A stretch of 64,000 nt of DNA from the human T2T-CHM13v2.0 reference genome, Homo sapiens. Location of the stretch: NCBI RefSeq assembly GCF_009914755.1, contig NC_060925.1. One strand, written 5' to 3'. The position numbers and the translations under genes are program-made. Of this stretch, positions 1 to 19,165 are shown piece by piece (position 1 is the first letter of the stretch; each line of letters opens with the position of its first letter). The notes beneath the pieces were generated by a model that worked only from the letters and a program-made list of their open reading frames with translations, searched no databases and was not told where the DNA came from.

Positions 1-339
1 TTTGGTTAAGAAAGAGTGGAACTTTGAGAACTGAAATGAGAACAGTTGCGCAAATTCAGATGAATATGAGTCCTTGGAGCCCCCAATATCCACTGTGCCT
101 TGCTCACCAGCAGAAGCAACCCTTCTTCCCCACCCAATCATGCCAGTTCTGCTTTGTGTGGAGACCCTGCAGTGACCTCCCCGAGATATTTACCTTCAAG
201 AAGATGCCAAATATCTTCATGTTCCACCACAACAATTATCATTGTCTTGTGACCTATTAAAAAAAGCCAAATCCCATCATGCCTCAGGGAGACAAGAAAG
301 TTTAGCTATTTAAATATTTGCAATTTCCTGCTTATTTAT

Positions 340-2150
<1,811 letters not shown>

Positions 2151-2840
2151 AACTCAAAAGGTGAAGATAGGGGCAGCAGTGACAGCATAGTTTTAGATCT
2201 TGCTGAATCTTCCCATAAAAACGTACAGAAAAAATTGGTATAAAACCAAACACAACCAATATTTACAACAAAGCTAAGTGATGAGGTATCCCCACAAACC
2301 CCAAAACACAAATGGGTGGGGGAAAAAAAGACCAACAGTAACAACAAGATGTACACGTTATCAGCATCTGTGTTGGAGAAATCAGAGGAAAGCAACAATG
2401 ATGCAACTGATGGACTGAGAATTCCCCAATAAGGCAACAGATACTGACTTCAAGTGCAGCGGGCTGATTTGAGAATAGCAGTAGAAATTCCAATAGTGGG
2501 TGAGTGTAAGGAGTAAGGCCTTTAAGTGGCTGGAGCAGTCAAATCCCTCTGAACCCTTCAAACAGGCCCAACAAGGCTTCCTTCCAGAACAGAACCACAC
2601 AGGATAAACTTCTGGGAGTGAAATAGGAGAGGGGCAGGGTAGGAGCAACAGAGTTAAATGAAAAAGAAGGTCCAGATCGAAGTGCAGGAGGGGAACAGAG
2701 CCAGGAAATCTCAGGGAAAAAATGAAAAAAAAAAAGAAAGAAGAAAAAAAAAAGAAAAGAGAGAGCCTTTGTAAAGTGAAAAAAAAAAAATCTCAAACAA
2801 ACATCTTTTTTAAAGTTCAATAAAACCAAAACCAAATTTA

Positions 2841-3167
<327 letters not shown>

Positions 3168-3564
3168 CTATTTTAAAATGAGCTGAAAAATATTAAGAAA
3201 ATAATACAATATAAATAAAATAACAAATCAGAATTAGAAAAAACTCAGAAATGACATAACAGACTTCAAGGAAAAATTACCAATAAAAGGAAAAAACTTT
3301 TTTATAAAGTGAAGATTACCAAAGGGGAAAAATAAAAGCAAATAAACATGACAAGTAATGCCTTAAAACTGGGGGGTAGAAGGAAGGAAAAATTTTACAA
3401 TAAAAAATTAATGAGGAAAAATAAAGTCAAGAGAAAGTGACTAATGTTGATGATGGGCAGATAAAATCCAACATATGGATCACAGGAGTACCTGAAGCAA
3501 CCCAAAGCAGGGGAACAGATCAGATACTGAAGTCTTTCCTTAAATAAAAAGTAACAATATTTGA

Positions 3565-3951
<387 letters not shown>

Positions 3952-3973
3952 CTCTCTTTTATAATAAATTCTC

Positions 3974-4261
3974 ACCTGGGTGTGGGGGCTCACGCCTGTA
4001 ATCCCAGCTCTTTGGTAGGCAAAAGTGGGCAGATCACTTGAGGTCAGGGGTTTGAGACCAGCCTGGCCAACACGGTGAAACCCCATCTCTACTAAAAATA
4101 CAAAAATTAGCCAGCCGTGATGGCAGGCGCCTGTAATCCCAGCTACTGGGGAGGCTGAGGCAGGGGAATCACTTGAACCCAGGAAGCGCAGGTTTCGATG
4201 AGCCAAGATTGCGCCACTGCACTCCAGCCTGGGCGACAGAGCAAGACTCCATCTCAAAAAA
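3974..4261 (+). mobile_element. AluS
   Basis: Full-length sense Alu. Confidence 0.93.
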
Positions 4262-4267
4262 GTCAGT

Positions 4268-4540
4268 AAATAAATATTCTCTGTTGTAATTATTGATGTG
4301 GTTTCTGTCTCCTGACTGGACACTGACTGATACAGAAAATGGTACCAGGACATAGACCCTAAGATCTCAAAGATTGGATTTGGAGATTGATTTTTGGCCG
4401 TGTCTGTGGACTGGAAAAAATGCTCAACTCTTTGTCAATGAAAAGTGGGATTCTAGGTAATCCATGTCATGCAGTGGCATTCACAATTAATAAAATTATC
4501 ATCTCTGGTCAATGTGACGAAGTGTCTACTGAAGCATTAA
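4268..4540 (+). mobile_element. ERVL LTR 3' end plus primer-binding site and start of internal sequence
   Basis: ...gtggtttctgtctcctgactggacactgactgataca (ends 4334) followed directly by gaaaatggtaccagga, a typical ERVL LTR/PBS junction. Confidence 0.65.
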
Positions 4541-4849
4541 GTCATATTCTAGTAAAATGACTGAGCTTTAAGAAAAAAGAAAAAAAAATCTTTCAGGCTT
4601 CTAGGCAAATAGTGCACATGACTCAAAGGGAAAAAAATTATATTATCATCAGATTTTTCAACAGTAACTTTTTATGCCAGAAGAAAATGGAGTAACGTAC
4701 TTAAGATCCTAAAAGAAAGAAAATGTGAGCCAAGGATTTTATATACAGCAAAACAGACCTATAAATATAAAAGGAGCAGGCAAACTGTTAACATGCAAGA
4801 ACTCAAGGAATATTGTTCCCATGAACCCTTCCTAAGAAACCTACTACCT

Positions 4850-5372
<523 letters not shown>

Positions 5373-6959
5373 ATACTAGCTAGCAAGCTTCAGACCACCA
5401 AATGATTGGAGAGTCATTGACATAAGAACTAATGGTGGGTATTAGATGTATATTCAATTGCATAACTAAGACTAAATAAGGGTTAAAAGGGAGGGATTAC
5501 ATTATATGTCTACATAATCTGGCAAGCTAGATATACAAAAACCATTAAAATGAGGGAGATGGAAATAGCATAGGCAAAATAAAAGTATTTTTCAGTTACG
5601 CTTTCGGTAATCATCATTCATGATGGTAGTACTAGTATTGCTATTCTGAGACTATTATATGTGTCATGTGGGACAAAGCAAATAGATAATTATAGGATAT
5701 TCTACTTCTATCTTGTCCTTGAGTAGCAGGATTCTCGGTGTGGAAGAAAGGAGATACAGGTGTAGCATAGAAGAGGTTAGGTAAAACAAACCCTATAGCC
5801 TGCATCTAAATTGGAAATATCAGTACAAACTAGAAACCACGATCACCCCAGTAATAATGAGCTTCCCTTGGGCCCAGACTGTGGTTTTGAAATACCATTT
5901 CCCATTTAAAGAAAGCGTGGATTTTTGGAGAAATGGCTTACAAGATGTGCCTTGAACATGTTGACATGCCAGATGGCAAGGAAGCTATCAAAGACCCCTG
6001 GGATCATGCCAGAAAGATTCAGGAGGCAACTTGAAGAGGCTCCTATTGACCAAAGATGGGACAATTTCAGCTTCAGTAAAAACTGCAATAGATTAAAGTT
6101 CATCAAATATGTTTAAATCCATGAGTTTATAATAATATTAAAGGGAAAAGCAATGAATTGCTCACCTTGTGAGGATAAAAAGGAATCCAATTCACTTCCT
6201 TCAGAATTAAAAGAAAGAAGCCTTTACCTTGCCTATTCCATATGAACTGGCTAACCACATGGTGCATAAAGAGAAGGGTCTCTTTATAAAATTATTTCAG
6301 CTCATATGAAAACAAAGTGATAGAAAGTCACAATTTTAAAACCTCTAATAAATAAATGAGTCTAGGCCTTGAGCATCACTTGCTGCTAAAATCACAAAAA
6401 GAGCAAAAATCAGATAGATATTATATGCCTTCTGATGAAAGAACATTGCCTATCGTATTGCCAGAGGAATTGAATTTGAGTCCAATCAAGCCTCTGGATC
6501 CAGCTGCCAACTTACAGAAAATCAGAGGTTAGAGAAACACATTGAATTGCTCCATGCATATGCAATTTAAAACTGTAAGATGTTGGGAAAGATTTAAGAC
6601 TTTGGGAAACTCTACAGTTCAAATAGGCTGGTATAAATTGTAAGAAAAAAAAAGGAGGCACAGAGAAGGAGGCTTAGGTTAAAAATGACTGAAACATATA
6701 AATTTTAAAATGGGCATGATTAAACTATAATATTTAATGATGCACACTTAGGTGATAAAAGCTTTAAAAATGCAAGGAACTGATCACTTCATAGAATTTA
6801 AGATCGTTGTTACTTTTGAAGGGAAAGAGAGAGCTGCGATTGGGATGTGGCACTTAGGGGTTTCTGGGGTGGCTGGTAAACTTGAATTTCTTGACTCGTT
6901 GGTTACAAGAATGTTCACCTTAAAGTAATTCAATAAGCTATTAAAAATAAGATTTGAAG

Positions 6960-9965
<3,006 letters not shown>

Positions 9966-10154
9966 AACAAGGATAGGAAGATCAAGTACAAAGTACCATT
10001 AAAAAAAAAAAAACCCAAAAGCTACTTAAAGTCAGGTTATATCTGCCAGGTTATATCTGCCACAATCCCTGTAACCTCCCTGCTGTCGAGCTTCTCATAC
10101 TTCATGATCATGGACACTCATGAGAACAGGTGCAGTGTCCCTGTTGCTTGCCAT

Positions 10155-10396
10155 TTTATTTGCTAGTGCTTAGCACGTTCCTGGGACATAGGAGAGCTCA
10201 ACAGATATGTACTAAGTGTTTTCTGAATCTCATACATTTTAATATTTATTTGCTACTACTTAGCACCGTGCCTGGGACATAGGAAAGTTCAACAGATATA
10301 TGATAAATGCTGAATCTCTTATATATATTAATATTTATCATAATGCTTTAAAAATATTTTGGTCTATGCAGGTACTCAACAGATACTTGTTAAGTG
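10155..10396 (+). repeat. Tandem duplication of a ~90-bp L2 3'-end unit (two copies plus a decayed third)
   Basis: tttatttgcta...ttagcac...cctgggacatagga...caacagatat starts at 10155 and again at 10245. Confidence 0.75.
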
Positions 10397-10424
10397 AAAA
10401 AAAAAAGATTATAATCAACTAGGT

Positions 10425-10753
10425 CAGGAGTCAGAAAACTACAGCCTGTGGGCTCGCCACCTGTTTTTTGTACTGCCCATGAGCTACGAATGGTTTTTAC
10501 ATTTTTAAAAGGTTGGAAAAAATCAAAAGAAGAATAATATTTCACAATGCATAAAAGTTATCTGAAATTCAAATTTCAGTGTCCATAAATAAAGTTTTAT
10601 TGGAACACAGCCACACTCATCTGTTTACATGTTGTCCAGGGTGATTCTGCACTACAACAGCAGAATTGAGTCGTTATGACAGAGATCATATGGCCTGCAA
10701 AGCTGAAAATATTTACTATCTGGTCCTTTACAGAAAACGTTTGCTGACCCCTG
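10425..10753 (+). mobile_element. MER58B (hAT-Charlie)
   Basis: Terminal inverted repeats caggagtcagaaaact / cgtttgctgacccctg with a MER58 body. Confidence 0.88.
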
Positions 10754-12465
10754 AGCCAGATCTTCCAAAATGTGGAACACAACAGTCTTGAAGAAGATGG
10801 TTAATATAGTGCTGTTTCCTTCTTTGCCCAATATCACTCCTTCACCTCAATTTCTACTAAAGAAAACAAACTGGTTTTCTTATATTCCATGGCTCTGAGG
10901 TAAGGTTTATTCTGAAACTTGCCAGTACCCGTAGGCTCCTCTTGGCCATGTCTGAAATAATTAGATATACAGTAGCCAAGATAGATAAATACACACAGAG
11001 AGATGGAAGGAGAATGACTGAGAACATCAGAGGAAAAGATGGAACACCACACTTGGGTGCACTAAATCCATAAGGGAAATTTTTCTTCTGTCAGTATCAA
11101 TTCAAAACTATGTAATTAACACTATTTTTATTATAGTGAGATGTTTATTGCGATTACTGACAGAACTGTCTCAAAACTGATATTTAGTATAGTAGGGTTT
11201 GACCTGTATTTGGAGAAGCTATGTTTTAAAATAATACATTGAGATTCACCAAGGAAGGAACCATCAACTCTTCCCAAAGATAGAAATTGAAGAGTTTCTT
11301 TTCCTGAAATAATTATTTCATTAAATGTTACAAGTTGATATGTTTTAGTGATTTAACTTCTTCATCAGTCTCTGCAAAATGCATCATTCCATCTCTCTAC
11401 TACTCATCTGGAGGAAACACGTGCTAGTAACTGACTTCCCTTTATTTTTCTCTACATTCCAGATTCTTTATCGTTTAACTTTATTACAGGCAAGCAGAGC
11501 TTGGTCCGTATTAGAGTGACGAAGACTATTTCCTTAATTACTGTACAGAGATAATAGCATTTATTCTGGCAGTTCCCGTGTTATTCAATCAGGCAAGATC
11601 CAATACAAAAAAAAGCTGATTTGCCAAAAGGGAGATTAGCATAAGTGCCTACAGTCACATTCTATTTTTTGAAGTTTACGGCTTTCAGGGAGCACTTCTT
11701 GTTGGAAGTTCTATTTAAAAATTATGGAAGGATTATGATACTAGTGTCCACCTGATAGAGGAAAACAAGGAAGGCAAGTGGGCCATTTTAGAAATCACAA
11801 CTGTTAAGCTAATTGCAATTTTGAAAGTAAACCTAATGGTACTGCAGAAAACAAGAAGAACGACTCTAATGTAATCCTGGCAGCATTGTGATTTCAAACT
11901 GCTAAACCATGCAATGTATTTACTTTTCCTTTGTGTGGGCTTGCATATTTACCTTCACCAAGGATATTTCTCTGTTTCGTGGTTATACATTGCAGCACTC
12001 ATGACTGATGAATTATTGTCAAGGACAAACTAAGGTTCTTGCTTTTTACCAAAACGACTTTTTATAAAACACAAAACTTTTCCACAGGGGAAATGCAGAT
12101 TTAGCATTATGCATTTTCGTTAACAGGTTTAACAGGATGGCCTACTACAAATGGTGAATAAAATGAGAGCAAACTTGGGAAAGCAACTGCAAAGGTAAGA
12201 TTGAATTAAGGGTAAATATATGCAAATTGTCCCAGCCCTAACACTGTCTTCTGAGGAAAATGCCAGTGCTACTGATTATTTTTTGGAATTTAAAATGGCA
12301 GTCACCCAATTGTTTTGCCCTTTACTGCGATCACTAGAAGGAAATACTTCTAACCCAACCCAAAATGTCACTTCTAAAGAAAAAGTATGTACATATTCCC
12401 ATAATAACCATAAAGCATGGGAATATTTTGTTTTATTTTACTTCTTTATCTTTTCAAGCTGTTAA

Positions 12466-12738
<273 letters not shown>

Positions 12739-13719
12739 TGATACACATCCTCTTGGTTAAAGGGTTTTAAAGTATCTCAGGACTTAACTTACAAATCTCA
12801 TAAATAAATACTGTAGCCTGAGTTTGGCCTCAAAAAATAAGAAAGGATACATAAAAGAAAAAAAGATCTGATGGAAATAGGGAAAAAAATTATTATTTGT
12901 TAATCCTGAGTGGTGGGTACAGAGATGTCTGTCATTTTCTGGTTTTCTGTATTGGAATGCTTCATAACTTTAAAAATTGTTTTTCTAAGGCCAAGAAAAG
13001 CTAAAGAAGTTACCAGGTGCTCAAATTCTAAATGAAGAAACGAGAAGGACTAGGGAAAATTGCACTGCATTTTTCTTTTTCGGGGTAGTAAATTGAAGAA
13101 AACGCTGAACTGCAGTTGCATTGAAGGGACAATGATCTAGGGGGTCCCTGGGAGCAGTATTCCTATTCCATTGAAGGAGGTGAGCCAAGATACTTATAAG
13201 CTCTAGAGAACCTTTAACACAGGAAGCTATTTATCATAACAAGCTTGGTTGATACTGTTCCCATACTGAACCAATTAGGTTCGCCTATTTCGTCATACTT
13301 CATAACTTGGGATGATAGGTTTCCAAGTATGGTACAGTGTAGTAATTGAATTTTGATCAAACACACATGGCCCATAACCCACTATGTGAAATTTTCAGAA
13401 CAGTTCACAGCTTTTAAATATCCAGTCAACATGTTGCCAAAAGTACAGGATGTACTTGATGCAAGGGGGAGAGAAAGGGGAGGGCTGAATCTTGGTAGAG
13501 TTGTAAAACAAATATTTTTGTTCTTGTTCTCTTCTTATTTTTCAAATAGCAGTGGGGAAAGGCCATGGGATATCATATCAAAACTCAAGTCTTCCCCTTG
13601 CTTGTTCCATGTGCGTAAACATCCTTAAGTCTCATTTCAGATCAGCATTTTCTTTTGCATGAAACTATTTTCACGTCACAGGCCTGTTACACACGACCTG
13701 CTAGCATTCTCCTTCCAGC

Positions 13720-15260
13720 ACTATCCAAAAAGTATTTCTTGACAACCTACTATATGTTAGATACTGGGTCTCCTGGTAAACTCTTTTGAACAAAGAGACA
13801 TGATCCCTGCCTTCATTTGATCTACTGTGGATGGAGAGACAGACATAAAATACATAAAAACATCAATAATTTTTTATAATTGCAACCACTAATAAGTAAT
13901 ATGAAGGAAAAATAGGGCATCAGGAGTAACGATAATGGGGATGTGATTTATCCAGAAAGGAGGAAGTAGAAAGGAGAAGCATGGACTGCATTTCCAAGGC
14001 AGTGCCATGTATGTTGAATTCTGAAAGATGAGAAGTGATCCAAGAGAGTGAACGCTGAGAGAAAGTATTCCCAAAAGAAGTAGGCAAGTAAGCATATGGA
14101 TAGGCCTTGAAGTAGGCAAGAGTTTGGCAAGTTCAAGGACCTGAAGTCTAGTATATTCAGTGAGAGAGCCGCTAAAAAGATACTGGGGGCCAGACCACAC
14201 AAGGCCATGCAAAGGATTATGCAAAGTGCAGTCACTGAAAGCTGGTAAGCCAGGGAATGACATGATGGGAGGCAGGCAAGACTAGAAGCAGAAAGACTAA
14301 CTAGAAGGCTTTGGCAATTGTCCAGCTGGGAAGTGATAATGGCTTGGAACACAGCAATAGCAAGGATGGAGAACAGTGGGCAGATCTGGGAGATATTCTG
14401 GAGAAGAACTGACATGATTTGGTGATAACTGGATGTGGGAAGTGAGGGAGAGGGAGGCTCCAAGGACATTTTCAGGTTTCTAGTTTGAATGACTTAATGA
14501 GTAAAGTCTAATGAATAACAACTTGTTAGTATAATCCGCAAGACTACACCAAAGCAGTAGGAGAGCTACACAACTTTCACAAGCTCCCATGTCTGCAGGA
14601 GTGCTCTGCTCTCTTTGGATTCTGTAGGAACAGAGGCATCAATCAGGTGCTGGGAATACAGAAATTTTCCACCAACGTGCTCATCAAACTTTCCTTTACC
14701 GTAAGCCAAAAGAATGTCTCTGAGCTATGAACATCAGACTTTAATATAAACTTTAAAATCTTACTCTCAGCTCTACGGACATGGTTATAGGTGTCTGGCA
14801 ATTGAACTAGGAGAGCCTGAAAGTAAACACATTGTCTCTTGGAAATTGATGAAAAAACCAAGCATGTTTCTTTATTCATTCAAAAGATTTTACTGAGCAT
14901 CTTTAGCCTGAGAAGTAGGAGGTAAATTAGACGTGTTCCCTGCCTGGGCAAAGAGTATATTCTATTAGGGGAGAAAGAGGCATACCAAGATGTGCGTAAC
15001 ACAGTTATGCAGTACGTAGTATGTTACATAGATCTAGCAAGACAGCGACATTTAACAGATGACAGGGAGGGGGTGGAAATTCGGTGCATGGGCACGGCTA
15101 TGAAAGATTTCAAAGAGGCTGTATTTGAGACAAGCCTTGAAAGACCAACAAGAGTTTACTAAGCAGAGAAGAGGATGGGGGAGAAATTCCCAGAGGAAGA
15201 AACAGCACAAGCAAGGGCACGAGGGTCCTGAAGAGCACTGGGTATTTGGGGCTAAAGGGT
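13720..15260 (-). mobile_element. L2 fragments (13720-14500, 14870-15260)
   Basis: Purine-rich antisense L2 text and ttcattcaaaagattttactgagcatct-type 3' ends. Confidence 0.7.
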
Positions 15261-16307
15261 AAAAAGAGCAGGGTATCTGATTCCAGATTAAAATGTCATC
15301 CCTCTATTCTGAAATCTGAAAAATACTAGCAGCTTGATTTGTCCACAGTCACTTGTGCCAGGTAGAGAATCCTAATTCGTGTAGGCCCAAACCAACAAGA
15401 ACCTCTTGATGTGACTACTGCCTGAGTATTGCAGTGTTCGTGGGAGCTTTAAGTTTACCTATCCAGATGGGAGAACCTCTTTCCCGAAATTCATAAGCAG
15501 TCCCACAACTCCGCCAATGCTACAGGACCCAGCTTTCTGAGGCACCTAGAAAGACATGGCAGTGGCCCAAGGTGATGCTTAGGTGGGCTGGCGAATGCAC
15601 ACAATAGAACGTCTGTCTGTGACATTTAATCTCACTCTGGCAAACTGGTGCAGCTGCCCTTGTACAACAAACGGGAAGGCACAGTGAGTGACCACCACCA
15701 AAAACAAACAAAACAAGTGTGTGCGTGCGTGTGAGCTTTAAAATTTAATAGCTATTCAGACAGTCCTTAGAGAAGGAATTGGCAGCTTCGGCCTCCAAGA
15801 CTGCTCCCCCACCTGTCTCCAGGCACTGCAAACACAGCTGTGTAAGAAGGAGACAGTCAACGCTTCCAAGGAAAGAAATAGTGCAGTCTTGGGGGTGGGG
15901 TGATGATGAGAGCACCTTTCTCACAAACCCACGTGGGACAGGGCCTTGTCTAGCAACCGCAAAAATAATCGAGCAGGACGTGGTCAATCAAGCTCTTTAT
16001 AAAACCTCATGTTAAGTAAAATCATTCAAGATCCAACTCAATGGCCACCTTAAACCCATGTTTTAAAAGCATGAGACAGAGCACACAATTCATGCTCAAA
16101 GGAGAACGAGGTAGCATGCATGCTGGCAAGACGCGCATTCAGGTTTGCTCCCGGTATCAAGATGAGACGTAAAGACGATTTATGCACTGTCATAGAACTT
16201 GTAGTTCCTCACACAAAACACAGAACTTCCTGGGGAAGTGCCTAGAAACTTCTTTATCTGTATTTCCCCAGGCTGCAAAGTGCACACATTTTTAAAGTTC
16301 AACTCTT

Positions 16308-16900
16308 AAAAAAAAAAAAAAAAGTCAGCAGAGGCAAGATTTCAACAGACGCCGGTCCAAATGTTAGCAATTCTAGAGTGGTCAGGGGTTTGCCGCTCCC
16401 AAAAGTAAGGGGGAAATTAGAAGAAGGAAAGAAGTCGTTTTCGAAGACGAAAACCAAAGCAAGGAGGTATTTTTGGTATCATTTTAATCACAAAATAGCA
16501 CGAATGCGGTCTGTGCCTGTGCGCTACCCAAACGTCGATTTGAATACCACTGAACGCTAGTTTGAAAATTTCCATTTTTGTAATTTGCTTTCTTTTGTTA
16601 AGCCAAGACTTGAGAGAAACCTGGCAGCCGTCTCTAAGTCTGGCACGATTTCACCTCAGACGCACTCGGTTGGTTTGGATGTTGAGGGAGACCGCACATG
16701 AGAGAGGGAGAAGGAGGAAAAGAGAGCTGGAGAGCAAACCTACCGCTCGGCGGCCGCCGCAGAGAGCAGGCCCGGGGCTTCTCAGCCGGGGGATCTGGCT
16801 CCACCTACAGGAATCAGAAGGCAAACCTAGTAGACGCCTCGGCGTCTGCAGGAACCCGGTGGGGGCTGGGGGAACTTTGATAATTGCCTAGAGAATTTCC
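16308..16900. promoter_or_regulatory. Candidate enhancer or orphan promoter: non-repetitive, CpG-enriched
   Basis: A16 tract 16308-16323, then unique sequence with many retained CpGs, a NotI site at 16750-16757, repeated CAGACGC, and GRCGNC-N5-GTCTG at 16833-16848. Function is inferred. Confidence 0.5.
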
Positions 16901-17099
16901 TAGCCAGTAGGAATGGGGGTCGGTAGAAGTGGTAAGGATTGGGAAGCAGGGATTTCCATGACCAGATTACCCACAGTCATATCAGATTCAGCGATTCTTA
17001 TTTGGAGGAGAAAAGGTATCACGTCACCTCCTATGACCTAGGAATTTTAACTGGTTCCAGGTAAACCCCATTTGAAAGCAAAGGCAGCACCTGGTCCCA

Positions 17100-17170
17100 G
17101 GACAGGCCCAGCACATAGCATGCTCAGGCAATAACATTTGAATGAATGAATGAATGAATGAATGAACTGA
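17100..17170 (+). repeat. L2 3' end with (TGAA)n microsatellite
   Basis: cccagcacatagcatgctc...tgaatgaatgaatgaatgaatgaatgaa. Confidence 0.8.
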
Positions 17171-18052
17171 ATAATCCAATCTATCAAATAACAGAAACCT
17201 AATATGATAAAAAGAAAACCAACCCCCAACCCCAACACTGTTTTTCAGGTATATGTATGAGTTGTCAGGCATTTTTGATGGCTAGTAATTACTACAAAAA
17301 TCCTGCACCATGTAGGCTAGTCGTGTTCCACCTCCGATGTGCCAGAGCAGTGATTGAGTACCACCGATTTCATCCCATGCCCTCATTTGCCAACGAATAA
17401 ACAGAAGCTTGAAGAGGTTAAATGCCTTTTCCCAGGTCAACCAGTTTGTTGGTGACAGAACTGGTTTGGGGCTAAATTTTCCTGACCTGTCTGGTATTTG
17501 TTTTCTAAGGGCAGGAGACTCATTTTGCATTGGCCTGCTGGATGCCCTCAGCCGATTAGCTCTCACAGGAGGAAGTTAGCTTCCCCCACCCACCTGTTGG
17601 CCTGTCCCTGGGCTTCTGCCCCAGCTTCTGCTCTGGGCCACAGCCTCTGCTCATGCTGCTCTACTCCAAAAATCAAACGCTGCCTGGAGCTAATGCCAAT
17701 GGTTGCTAAACTTATGAATTCATTTCCTAAAGCCTGAGGGACAGAATCTTTGAGCCTGTGGTTTAGTAAGCTACAAACAGGCAGGTGCTTTGTTTTGGCA
17801 ACACAGGTGTCTTATATACAATATCTCCTCCATCTATTTACCCAAAGCACTTAATAAGCAGTTACTGAGTTTCCCAATGATAGTTATAGAAGAAGACGTT
17901 ATTTACCAATTGAAAAGGAATTTTTGCCGTAGGCAGTTAGCACTCAGTTTCCAGATGAAAAGGTGAAGATCCTTCTGGGAAGTGAGATGCTGTGTGCATT
18001 ATGTGAGATGAATATGATCCAGGGAAAGATAGCAATTAAGCAGATCCAGATT

Positions 18053-18357
<305 letters not shown>

Positions 18358-18469
18358 AGCAGATCCAGATTCTAACCACAACCTGTCTATAAAATGGAAC
18401 TAACACTGTCATGACCTCTGAATGGATTAAAAATTAATCATTATTATTAATCACAATATTAATAATAAT

Positions 18470-18700
18470 GCTGAACTATTACTAAGTGCTTACTACATTC
18501 CAGGCTTTCAAATGACCACTTTACATGCATTGTCTAACTTATCCTCAGAGCAACCCCATGCGAGTTATAATTATTACCCCCATTTTACAGAACAAGAGAA
18601 CTGAAGCTCAAAAGGGTTAAAATACTCACCTACGGTGACAGTTTACAATGGTAAGGCTAGTGGTTGGATCCCAACTCCTATCTGACTCGGGACTTCAAAA
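18470..18700 (-). mobile_element. MIR
   Basis: MIR core: attacccccattttacaga...gaactgaagctca. Confidence 0.75.
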
Positions 18701-18946
18701 CATTATGTAACACAATAAATGCCTATTAGCTGATTCTATGCCAGTGGCATTCAAATATCAATCTCTAGTTCTGAGCTTTCAAAGGAACTCTGTGCTTCTA
18801 TTCCCAAATGCTGAAAGAATATCATTAATTATATATTCCACTACTGTCTCAAACTTAAAAGGGCCTAAGCCAAACTCTTTCCTTCCTTTCATAAGCATTT
18901 ACTGAGAACCATTCATGTTCAAACCTCCATGGTTTGGAATCTAGGG

Positions 18947-19165
18947 CAGTGGTTCTCAACTGGGGGTGATTTTGCACTCCAGAGGACATTTTATAATGTC
19001 TGGAGACATTTTTGGTTGTCACCACTGGGGCTTTGGAGTGCTACTAGCATCTAGTGAGTACAGGCCAGGGATGCTGCTGAATGTTCTACAATGCACACAG
19101 TAACTCACCCCCCAAAAGAATTATTTGGCCCAAAATGTCAATAGTTCTGAGGTTGAGAAATTCTG
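18947..19165 (+). mobile_element. MER20 (hAT-Charlie), full length, inside an L2
   Basis: cagtggttctcaactggggg...ggttgagaaattctg; 219 bp. Confidence 0.9.

Noticed and set aside
13889-14469. 124-aa and 173-aa minus-strand ORFs
   Set aside because: Lie in a decayed L2; pyrimidine-rich sequence is stop-poor by composition.
16562-16891. 109-aa ORF with a signal-peptide-like start
   Set aside because: Starts at TTG, has no recognisable homology or splice structure, and is explained by local GC richness.
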